Shown: in pieces, positions 17,924-24,938 of the stretch
Numbering within the stretch: the first letter of the stretch is position 1
Layout of the letters: every line of letters starts with the position of its first letter
Assembly: GCA_030039715.1 (NCBI GenBank)
Contig: JASHVA010000033.1
Location: 1-46,261 of the forward strand
From: Thermoplasmata archaeon
GTDB lineage: Archaea; Thermoplasmatota; Thermoplasmata; Lutacidiplasmatales; UBA184
Length of the DNA: 46,261 bases
Reading direction: 5' to 3'
Position numbers and translations under genes: made by a program
The notes under the pieces: generated by a model
Seen by the model: only the letters and a program-made list of their open reading frames with translations
The model's database searches: none
What the model was told of the DNA's origin: nothing

Positions 17924-18179
17924 AGAGCTCGACCCTCCGGAACACGGCGCCGCGGTACCGGTCGACCCGGTAGAGGATGCCGGCCATGAACAGGAACGCG
18001 AGGGCGGCGACGACGCCCCCCACGAGGACCGCGACCGCGTCGAGGAGGTCGCCCGCGACGACGCCGAGGACCCCGTAGACGAACGTCGCGGCGCCGGCGG
18101 AGCCGAAGACGAGGAGCACGGCGAGGATCCCCCACAGGGTGCCGGTCTTCCAGACCGGGCGCTCGGGGTGCTCACTCAA
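17916..18179 (-). CDS. Small integral membrane protein (2 TM), candidate accessory respiratory subunit
   Basis: 87 aa, TTG start: MSEHPERPVWKTGTLWGILAVLLVFGSAGAATFVYGVLGVVAG..VVAALAFLFMAGILY. Has 8-nt overlaps with the cytochrome b stop and with the next ORF's start. Confidence 0.6.
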   Translation of the reverse strand: MSEHPERPVWKTGTLWGILAVLLVFGSAGAATFVYGVLGVVAGDLLDAVAVLVGGVVAALAFLFMAGILYRVDRYRGAVFRRVELFE

Positions 18180-19518
18180 CGCCCTTCACCCCCACGGCGG
18201 GCTGGGGCCCGACGGCCACGGACGGGACCGGGTAGATCCCGCCGATCGAAGCTTCCTTCTCGGCGAGGCGTCGCAGGTAGTTCCGGCGGTAGCGCCAGTA
18301 GAAGAGCCCGGTGACGAGCAGGTTCACGGCAAAGACCGGACCGAGCGTGTAGGCGACCTGGACGAGGGGGATCTGCACGCCCGGCGTCTCGCCGCCCCAG
18401 ACCGTCATCAGGATGAAGAACCCGAGGAGGCTCGTCGCGAGCCAGATGAACAGCGGCCGGTCCCTCGGATGCGTCCGCTTCGACCGGTCGAGGAACGGCA
18501 GGAAGAGGACGTAGACGATCAGGACCGTCGTGATGCCGATCGCCAGGACCGGCGTCACGCCGACGAAGTCGACGAACTTGAACAGCCAGAGGAAGTACCA
18601 GTCGGGTTCGGTCACGACCCCGGCGGCGGCGAGGTTGCCGACGTACGTCGGGAGCGTCCACGGCCAGAGGGCCGCGATCCCGAGCAGGAGCCCGACGTAG
18701 AGCAGCCCCCACTTCGTGATGTACCAGAAGATGTGGGGCATGAACGGGACGCTCTGCTTGTCCTCCTTCTCGGTGAACCGGCGCCGCTGGAGAGGGTCGC
18801 TCGTCGCCTGCGGGGCGATCCCGTGCGACTCGAAGAGCGCGATGTGCGCGTAGAGGAGCGCTCCCAGCGCGAGCGGCAGGAGGAGCACGTGGGCGTCGAA
18901 CATCCGCGATAACAGCCCCTGGCTCGTCCCGTCGGCGAGGATCAGCGGACCGAGCAGGGGGCCGAAGGTCGGCAGGCGGAGGGCGAGCACGAGCCCGACG
19001 TTCGTCGCGTTGTAGGAGATCTGGGTGTAGGGGAGGAGGTAGCCCGTGAACCCCATCCCGAGGGTCACGATCAGGAGGAGCGTGCCGACCATCCAGGAGA
19101 ATTCGCGCGGCGCCTTGTAGACGCCGACGTAGTAGCCGCGGTAGAAGTGGACGAACATGAGAAAGATCATCGCGTAGGCGCCGTAGAGGTGGCTCGTGAG
19201 CAGGAGCTCGCCCATCGGCACCGAGTGGACGATGTAGTACGTCGAGCACCAGGCCGCGGGGGCGACCGACTGCGTCCCGATGGGTTGGCCGCAGGCCGTG
19301 AGCGTCGTGTTCGTGCTCGGCTGGTAGTACAAGAGGAGCAGCATGCCCGAGACGACCTGGTAGAGGAACGCGTTGACGACGAACGCCCCCGTCCAGTACG
19401 AGGGTTTGAACGTGAACTCGGGCTGCGGGCGGAGCGCCCACTTGCGCATCGAGGTCCGGTCCTCGACGAACCCCCAGATCTTGTTGAGGGTGCGATTGTA
19501 CCAGTTCGCGAACGACAA
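18172..19518 (-). CDS. Cytochrome b (b/b6 N-terminal plus C-terminal domains fused)
   Basis: 448 aa, polytopic. Contains a YYIVHS..LLTSHLYGAYAMIFLMFVHFYRGYY-type four-helix haem-binding region with conserved His pairs. Sits directly downstream of the Rieske gene. Confidence 0.9.
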   Translation of the reverse strand: MSFANWYNRTLNKIWGFVEDRTSMRKWALRPQPEFTFKPSYWTGAFVVNAFLYQVVSGMLLLLYYQPSTNTTLTACGQPIGTQSVAPAAWCSTYYIVHSVPMGELLLTSHLYGAYAMIFLMFVHFYRGYYVGVYKAPREFSWMVGTLLLIVTLGMGFTGYLLPYTQISYNATNVGLVLALRLPTFGPLLGPLILADGTSQGLLSRMFDAHVLLLPLALGALLYAHIALFESHGIAPQATSDPLQRRRFTEKEDKQSVPFMPHIFWYITKWGLLYVGLLLGIAALWPWTLPTYVGNLAAAGVVTEPDWYFLWLFKFVDFVGVTPVLAIGITTVLIVYVLFLPFLDRSKRTHPRDRPLFIWLATSLLGFFILMTVWGGETPGVQIPLVQVAYTLGPVFAVNLLVTGLFYWRYRRNYLRRLAEKEASIGGIYPVPSVAVGPQPAVGVKGVE

Positions 19519-19527
19519 CCGATCCTC

Positions 19528-20376
19528 CTACGACAGGGGCCCGAAGAAGCAGAGATGGATCGGCGTCTCGTTCGCGAGCTGCGAGGTCGAGCCGACGGAG
19601 TAGTCGCCCTGCAGGGTGTTCAGGTGGCCGTTGACGGTCGGTCCGATCTCGTTGTACGCCGAGAGGTTCCCCGTCGCCTCGTCGACCTGGAGAAGGACCT
19701 GCGGCAGGGGGAGGACCGCAGGTCCCGTGAGGTTGTTCGCCGAGTTCGCGGGGTCGTAGGTCGAGCCGTGGCAGGAGCAGTGGATGTAGAACGGCTGGCT
19801 CGGCATGTTCGGCGTGTTGAACGTCTGCGAGCAGACTCCCGGCGGATAGTACGCGATCGCCGGCGCCGGGCAGCCGAGATGCTGGCAGATGGCGCTGTAG
19901 GCGACGATCGACTTGTTCGTCCCGACTCCGTACGGTACGTTCCACGCGCCGGGATTCGAGGCGCTCGGCTGCTCGCCGTTCGACGGGGAGAGGTTCAGGA
20001 GGAAATTGGGCTCGTTGCGGAGCGGGTAGTTGAAGATGTAGAGGTTCTCGGTGTCGACGGAGTACTCGCTCTCGACCTTGTCGACCGTGAGCGCGGCCCC
20101 GTCGACGTCGAGGAGCTGGGTCAGGGGAAAGCTCGAGATACCGACCGTCGGGGGCTGGACGTACTGCAGGGTCCCGCCGACGAGCCCGCCGGCTCCGGCC
20201 CCGACGAGCCCCGCGACGGCGAGCAGCTTGAGGACGTTGCGCTTCGTCTCGTCGACATCCCCATCGTCCTCCGCTTCCACCCTCGCCACGCGCCGGAGCT
20301 GGCCGACCGGAAAGTCGAGCGCGGGATCTCGCGCCTGGACGAACGGGCAGGAGCCGGGGCAGTCCTCGGGCCTCAT
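19528..20376 (-). CDS. Rieske [2Fe-2S] protein
   Basis: CQHLGC ... CSCHGS Rieske boxes. One TM / signal-anchor (KRNVLKLLAVAGLVGAGAGG). ATGA overlap with the upstream small ORF supports the ATG at 20376. Confidence 0.9.
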   Translation of the reverse strand: MRPEDCPGSCPFVQARDPALDFPVGQLRRVARVEAEDDGDVDETKRNVLKLLAVAGLVGAGAGGLVGGTLQYVQPPTVGISSFPLTQLLDVDGAALTVDKVESEYSVDTENLYIFNYPLRNEPNFLLNLSPSNGEQPSASNPGAWNVPYGVGTNKSIVAYSAICQHLGCPAPAIAYYPPGVCSQTFNTPNMPSQPFYIHCSCHGSTYDPANSANNLTGPAVLPLPQVLLQVDEATGNLSAYNEIGPTVNGHLNTLQGDYSVGSTSQLANETPIHLCFFGPLS

Positions 20377-20558
20377 CCGAGCGTCCTCCCGCGGGTGTCG
20401 GGCACCGCGTCGTCCGCCTCGTGCGGGTCGGGTACGACCGCCTCGCCCGGGAGCTCGGCCCGGTCGCTGCCGTAGTAGACGGCCCAGGTGATCCCGATCC
20501 CCATCAGGATCACGAGGACCTCGGTCATCTCGACGATCTGGTCGGCGGAGAGCGTCAT
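20373..20558 (-). CDS. Small single-TM protein
   Basis: Internal ATG at 20558 of track ORF 20373..20642. MTLSADQIVEMTEVLVILMGIGITWAVYYG plus an acidic tail. ATGA overlaps at both ends (with 20555..20947 and with Rieske). Confidence 0.5.
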   Translation of the reverse strand: MTLSADQIVEMTEVLVILMGIGITWAVYYGSDRAELPGEAVVPDPHEADDAVPDTRGRTLG

Positions 20559-20947
20559 CGGCGCGCCTCCGACTCCGGGACGACCGCGGGCACGGTCATC
20601 GACCACGTCGCCATCGGGTAGCCGCCGGTCCACGGGCCCCACGCGGGCTCGACGGGGCGGACGGGGAGGATCGCGGGCGGCGTCGTCACCGCGACGGGCA
20701 CGCCGCTCGTCCGGGGCGGTACCGGGTCGAGGCCGAGCAGCGCCCCGCGGATCGAAAGGGGGCCTCCGACCGGCGCGGGGAGCTCGGCCGCCTTCGTGAA
20801 CTCCGCGAGCAGCTCCTGCTTCAGCTGGCCGGCGCGCGCGTACCAGCGTCCGAGCTGTCGGAGGACCTCCCCGTTCTCCTTGCCGAGCAGAAGGAACGCC
20901 GCCGCCCCGAGCACGATCGCCCAGTCGACGTCGGAGAAGAGCGCCAC
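20555..20947 (-). CDS. TatA/TatB-like protein (divergent)
   Basis: 130 aa. The N-terminus DVDWAIVLGAAAFLLLGKENGEVLRQLGRWYARAGQLKQELLAEF follows the TatA/B TM-hinge-amphipathic helix pattern (LLLG-K..P..R.LG). Lies 6 nt downstream of tatC. Confidence 0.6.
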   Translation of the reverse strand: MALFSDVDWAIVLGAAAFLLLGKENGEVLRQLGRWYARAGQLKQELLAEFTKAAELPAPVGGPLSIRGALLGLDPVPPRTSGVPVAVTTPPAILPVRPVEPAWGPWTGGYPMATWSMTVPAVVPESEARR

Positions 20948-20953
20948 GCTAGC

Positions 20954-21793
20954 TCACCCCGCGCCCACCGCCAGCCGGGGCGGTTCGGGCGGCGCGTCGC
21001 GGCGCCGTTCCCAGCGACCTGCGAAGAACGCACCGGCGAAGTAGAGCGCGATCATCGGGGCCGCGATGAGGCACATCGTGATCCCGGAGTTGTCGGGCGT
21101 GACGATCATGCCGAAGACGAGCGCGCCGAGGACGGCGCCCCGCCAATGCTTCCGCCAGACCGACGCCTTGACGACCCCGAGCCGGGTGAGCGCGTAGATG
21201 AAGACGGGTAGCTCGAAGACGATCCCGAAGGCGATCGAGTAGAGGAGCGCGAAGGTGACGAAGTCCTGCACCCCGAGGGTGTAGGGGGCGAGCCCCATCG
21301 CCCCGACGTAGAAGAACAACAGGCGGAACGTGAACGGGGTGAGCCAGAGCACGCCCGCCGCCGTGCCGATCGCGAAGAGCACCGTCGCCGGGATCCCGAT
21401 CTGGCGGAGGAGCGCGCGCTCGTTCTTCCGCAAGGCCGGAACGAGGAACGCGCCGACCTCGTGAACGACCCACGGCATCCCGACGATCAACGCGACCAGG
21501 AGGCCGATCTCCATCTGGACGAAGATCGAGTCGCCCACCCCGACGTTGATCAGCTGGACGTTCGGCGGGAGCATCCACGCGCGCATCGCGCGGAACAGTT
21601 GCGCGGTGATGTTGTAGAACGGGCTCGGGAACGGGTAGGCGAACGGCACGTTCACGCCGAGGAACCGGAAGGAGAACGGTACGAGCTCGAAGAAGAGGAC
21701 GAAGCCGAAGATGCCGGCGAGCACGAAGGCGATCCGTACGACGCGGCGACGGACCTCCTGGAGGACCGTGAGGATGCGGCTGAGGTCCGACAC
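20954..21793 (-). CDS. tatC: Twin-arginine translocase subunit TatC
   Basis: 279 aa, 6 TM. RRVVRIAFVLAGIFGF.., FLVPALRKNER, and TPDNSGITM (TatC P(D/S) motif). Confidence 0.92.
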   Translation of the reverse strand: MSDLSRILTVLQEVRRRVVRIAFVLAGIFGFVLFFELVPFSFRFLGVNVPFAYPFPSPFYNITAQLFRAMRAWMLPPNVQLINVGVGDSIFVQMEIGLLVALIVGMPWVVHEVGAFLVPALRKNERALLRQIGIPATVLFAIGTAAGVLWLTPFTFRLLFFYVGAMGLAPYTLGVQDFVTFALLYSIAFGIVFELPVFIYALTRLGVVKASVWRKHWRGAVLGALVFGMIVTPDNSGITMCLIAAPMIALYFAGAFFAGRWERRRDAPPEPPRLAVGAG

Positions 21794-21900
21794 CGTTCAC
21801 CCCTCGGCCTCCCGGAAGGACGGGGCGACCGCCCCGCACGCGGGGCTCCCGTCAGCCGGTCGGTGTCGCTCCTCGGGCATTCCGGGTGCGGACGGTCGGT

Positions 21901-22104
21901 CTAGTGGCCCGGCCCGGTGGCGGGCGCGCCGCTCGCCGAGGCCTGGTCCGCCTTGATCTCCCGTTCGACCTCGAGTCGGCCCTTCTTGAACTCGCCCACG
22001 GAGCGCCCCAGGCTGTGCGCGAGCTGCGGGATCTTGCTCGACCCGTAGAACAGAATCCCCGCCACCACCGCGATGATCAGCCAGTCGTCGAGAGAATCGA
22101 ACAT
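21901..22104 (-). CDS. tatA: Twin-arginine translocase subunit TatA/E
   Basis: 67 aa. DWLIIAVVAGILFYGSSKIPQLAHSLGRSVGEFKKG is the canonical TatA pattern. Confidence 0.85.
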   Translation of the reverse strand: MFDSLDDWLIIAVVAGILFYGSSKIPQLAHSLGRSVGEFKKGRLEVEREIKADQASASGAPATGPGH

Positions 22105-22145
22105 CGTCTCCCCCGCCGTCCGAGCGGCCAGTGGAACGATATGGC

Positions 22146-22187
22146 GTTCGTACGGGACGAACCAACGGGTACGGAGTGTCCGTACCC
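22146..22187. promoter_or_regulatory. Two adjacent perfect hairpins in the phoU-like / tatA intergenic region
   Basis: GTTCGT-ACGGG-ACGAAC (22146-22162) and GGGTACGGA-GTG-TCCGTACCC (22167-22187). Both contain GTACGG. They lie just downstream of the stop at 22208 on the minus strand. No clear oligo-T follows. Confidence 0.5.
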
Positions 22188-22207
22188 GCGGTAGATAAGG
22201 AGCGGGC

Positions 22208-23251
22208 CTACGCCGCCTCGACCATCACGGTCTCGGTGCCGGCCGAGACCGCCCGGTCGATGGCGATCTCCGCGAGCAGCGAAAGGCAGCCCGCGCCGCG
22301 CCCGAGCAGGAGGGAGGCGGAGCGCAGCCCTCCCTTGAACGTCGGGCTACCCCGACGGTCGGCCTGCGCCTCGGCGAGGTCCGCGAGCCGGGCCGTGTCG
22401 TTGTACACCTCGCAGGCATGGTCGAGCGACGGGTGCATCAGCGTGTCGACGACCGTCTTCAGGTGGGCCTTCATCTCGGGGAGAACGCCCGCGAGGGCGT
22501 CGGCGCTCCCGCCGGGCAGCTTCGCGACCTCGTCGTTGAGGGTGCGGAGCGTCGCGGTGAAGAGCTCGGTCAGCTCCTCGAGCGCGTGGACGACGACCCG
22601 CCACTCGAGCAGCTGGCGGGGGTCGGGGCTCCCGATACGACGGGCGAGCGACCAGTCGCGGCTCGCGAGGAACAGCTGGCGGACGAGCAGCGCGAGCACC
22701 TTGCTCCCCTCCTCCTCGAGCGTCGCGACCCGTCGGCTCCGCTGCCGACGGCTCAGGAGCTCTTCGGTCTCCTCGAGGAACGCGACCAGGATCATCTTCA
22801 TGCGCTGGACGAGCTGGGGAAGCCCGTACTTCGACGGGTCGATGAAGTTCTGGAGGACGACGCGCGTCGGCTCCTGCGAGACGACGGAGACGCCGAGAAG
22901 TCCCCGCGCGGTCTGCTGCAGTTCCTCGATCCGCTCCGGCGCGAGCGGGAGGTCGGTCCGGATCTCGATCGCGTCGTGACCGACGCGATACGCCCCGACG
23001 ACGAGTCGCTCGAGGACGCCGGGCGTGTCGAACGACCGGGCGCTCACGAGGTACGGCGCGCCGCTGACCGCGGCGCCGGGGATCGGCGCCGGCTTGAGGA
23101 ACAGCGTTCCGTCGTCGTTCTGGTCGAAGACAATGAGGTCGCCCGGCCGCAGGTTCATCGCCTCCGCCCACGGCTTCGGCAGGGTGACCGCGATCGACGA
23201 GTGTCCGGCCTTCAGTACGCGGCGCTCCCGACTCGGCTGTCCCCACGCCAT
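22208..23251 (-). CDS. AbrB/SpoVT-type DNA-binding domain fused to PhoU-like domains (archaeal phosphate-uptake-regulator-like)
   Basis: 347 aa. The N-terminus RRVLKAGHSSIAVTLPKPWAEAMNLRPGDLIVF is a swapped-hairpin AbrB/MazE fold. It is followed by helical PhoU-like repeats. TATA-like TTCTATAAC at about 23284-23293. Confidence 0.85.
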   Translation of the reverse strand: MAWGQPSRERRVLKAGHSSIAVTLPKPWAEAMNLRPGDLIVFDQNDDGTLFLKPAPIPGAAVSGAPYLVSARSFDTPGVLERLVVGAYRVGHDAIEIRTDLPLAPERIEELQQTARGLLGVSVVSQEPTRVVLQNFIDPSKYGLPQLVQRMKMILVAFLEETEELLSRRQRSRRVATLEEEGSKVLALLVRQLFLASRDWSLARRIGSPDPRQLLEWRVVVHALEELTELFTATLRTLNDEVAKLPGGSADALAGVLPEMKAHLKTVVDTLMHPSLDHACEVYNDTARLADLAEAQADRRGSPTFKGGLRSASLLLGRGAGCLSLLAEIAIDRAVSAGTETVMVEAA

Positions 23252-23322
23252 CTCGTTCCCCGAACCTACTACGAGGTCCGTAGGTTATAGAAGGGGTCGG
23301 ATTTGAACGTTGCGCCGCCGGC

Positions 23323-24054
23323 CTACCCCTTCAGCTCGGGCGGACCGGCCGGCGTTTCCTCGGGCGGCGGGCTCTCGGGCTCGGGGTAGCCGAGCCGCTG
23401 GGGCGGCATCTCGTAGGTCGAGCCGCGGCGCCGGCCGACGACGAAGCCGAGCACGAGCGCGATCACGACGAGCGCGACGATCACCCCGACGATGATGAAC
23501 ACCGCGGCTCCGGGGTTCGTGTCGGCGGTCGTGACGGTCAGGTTCGCCGGAAGGTTCATCCCGAAGGCGATGAACCCGTACATCCCGTTCGTGAAGTGCC
23601 CGGGCTCCGTGCAGATGAACTCGTACCAGCCCACCGCGGGGACCGTGAGGTTGCCGAACACCACGTCGCCGGGGTTTCCGACCGCGGAGGCATTGATCCC
23701 GAGGAGAGGGGCCGGCGTCTTGCCGTAGGCGAGCTGGTCGATCTGCGCGCTCGAGTAGTCCGAAGGGATCACCCAGCCTTGCTTGCCGATGATGTAGAAC
23801 GTGTGGTCGACCACGTCGGTGTCGGTGAACATGACCTCCACGGTGGTGTTGACCGCGACCTGCTGGAAGGTGTTCGGAGTGAACGAGAAGCCGGCCTCGG
23901 CGGTGACCTGGACCAGCGTGCTCGCGTCGACCGTCACGGCGTCGCTCGCGGCCCGCGCCGGCGCCGTCAAGTAGAATGCCGCCGCCCCGCCGGCGACGAG
24001 CAGCGCCGCGACGAAGAGCGCGGCCGCCGCCCTGCGCGCTCCGCGAATGCTCAT
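23323..24054 (-). CDS. Membrane-anchored type-1 (blue) copper protein, sulfocyanin/halocyanin-like
   Basis: Internal ATG at 24054 (MSIRGARRAAAALFVAALLV, RR-containing signal). Cu ligands are DHTF ... CTEPGHFTNGM (H, C, H, M). C-terminal TM is AAVFIIVGVIVALVVIALVLGFVV. Confidence 0.85.
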   Translation of the reverse strand: MSIRGARRAAAALFVAALLVAGGAAAFYLTAPARAASDAVTVDASTLVQVTAEAGFSFTPNTFQQVAVNTTVEVMFTDTDVVDHTFYIIGKQGWVIPSDYSSAQIDQLAYGKTPAPLLGINASAVGNPGDVVFGNLTVPAVGWYEFICTEPGHFTNGMYGFIAFGMNLPANLTVTTADTNPGAAVFIIVGVIVALVVIALVLGFVVGRRRGSTYEMPPQRLGYPEPESPPPEETPAGPPELKG

Positions 24055-24176
24055 GCGCCCGTCCGCCCCGCTCGGATGCCGGGGACGGGAGGTGTCGTTC
24101 AAAGCCCCTTGGTACGAACCGGGCCGCGGCCCCGACGACGACCCGTGCGACGACCGACCGGTTCGTACGCGGGCCA

Positions 24177-24190
24177 TATGTAGCTACATA
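24177..24190. promoter_or_regulatory. 14-bp perfect AT-rich palindrome TATGTAGCTACATA in the divergent cupredoxin / coxII intergenic region
   Basis: Read directly. It stands out against GC-rich flanks and ends 6 nt before GTG 24196. Candidate TATA/operator element. Confidence 0.5.
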
Positions 24191-24195
24191 CTCCC

Positions 24196-24435
24196 GTGCG
24201 GAGCGTGACGTCGCGCGGACCCCCGGCGGGGGTCACAGCTGCCGCGCTCGCCGCCCCGGGGCTCGACGCGGGCCGCATCCTCGCCTCGGGGGAGACTCCG
24301 CTCCAGCTCACCGAGCCACTGCTCTGGGTGATGCTCGCCCTAACGGTCGCAGGGGCGATCGTGACGTTCGCGTTCCTCGTCTACGCGGTCTGGAAGTTCC
24401 GGGACCCGACCAACCGGTGGCGGCGCCATGGTTAG
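24196..24435 (+). CDS. CoxII N-terminal fragment (first TM helix) as a separate ORF, or 5' part of a frameshifted coxII
   Basis: 79 aa, GTG start. LLWVMLALTVAGAIVTFAFLVYAVWKFRDPTNRWRRHG resembles CoxII TM1 plus the loop ending in H-G. It overlaps the next ORF by 8 nt in the +1 frame. Confidence 0.6.
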   Translation: MRSVTSRGPPAGVTAAALAAPGLDAGRILASGETPLQLTEPLLWVMLALTVAGAIVTFAFLVYAVWKFRDPTNRWRRHG

Positions 24436-24886
24436 CAAGTGGGAGATCGCCTGGACGCTCGCGACGGTGGTCATGCTGGCCGGCGTCGCCGCCTACTCGA
24501 CGATCCTCCTCTACCAACTGGATGCGCTGCCCGCCGATCCGACGGAATACGTCGAGGTGATCGGGCACCAGTGGTACTGGGAGTTCTGCTACCAGAACAC
24601 GAGCTGCTACAACTCCTCGTACGACGCGACCACGAACACCGTGAGCGGCGGGGCATTATGGGCCCCGCCCGGCGCCGTGGTGCAGATCAACGTCACCGGG
24701 GCCGACGTCATCCATTCGTTCAACATCCCGCAGCTCGGGGTCCGGATCGACGCGATCCCCGGCCGGATGAACTACTTCGCGTTCACGGTCCCGAATGCGC
24801 CCGCCGGGACCTCCTACCTCATCCAGTGCACGGAATTCTGCGGCGAGTTCCACGGAACGATGCGTTCGTTCCTCGAGATCACGTAG
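24428..24886 (+). CDS. ctaC: Heme-copper oxidase subunit II (TM2 plus CuA cupredoxin domain)
   Basis: 152 aa. SKWEIAWTLATVVMLAG (the conserved LEIAWT helix-2 motif), VIHSF, and the CuA site CTEFCGEFHGTM. Confidence 0.9.
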   Translation: MVSKWEIAWTLATVVMLAGVAAYSTILLYQLDALPADPTEYVEVIGHQWYWEFCYQNTSCYNSSYDATTNTVSGGALWAPPGAVVQINVTGADVIHSFNIPQLGVRIDAIPGRMNYFAFTVPNAPAGTSYLIQCTEFCGEFHGTMRSFLEIT

Positions 24887-24938
24887 GCCGGGGCCGATCG
24901 GCCCACCCGCACCCTCCGCCCCGGTTCCGGCCCTCGGT

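Noticed and set aside
15781-19945. Long alternate-frame minus-strand ORFs 15781..17478 (565 aa) and 18176..19945 (589 aa), plus plus-strand ORFs across coxI and cyt b
   Set aside because: They overlap the unmistakable CoxI, cytochrome b and Rieske frames. Their products are R/P/D/H-rich with no membrane character.
23296-23312. GGATTTGAAC, which looks like the reverse complement of a tRNA T-arm
   Set aside because: The flanking 5-mers (GTCGG / CGTTG) cannot pair as a T stem, and no acceptor or anticodon arms can be drawn.
23489-23497. ACGATGATGAA C-box-like motif (a similar one is at 8683-8691) as a possible C/D box sRNA
   Set aside because: No CTGA D box lies at the right distance and there are no terminal complementary ends. 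Both motifs lie inside coding regions on the opposite strand.
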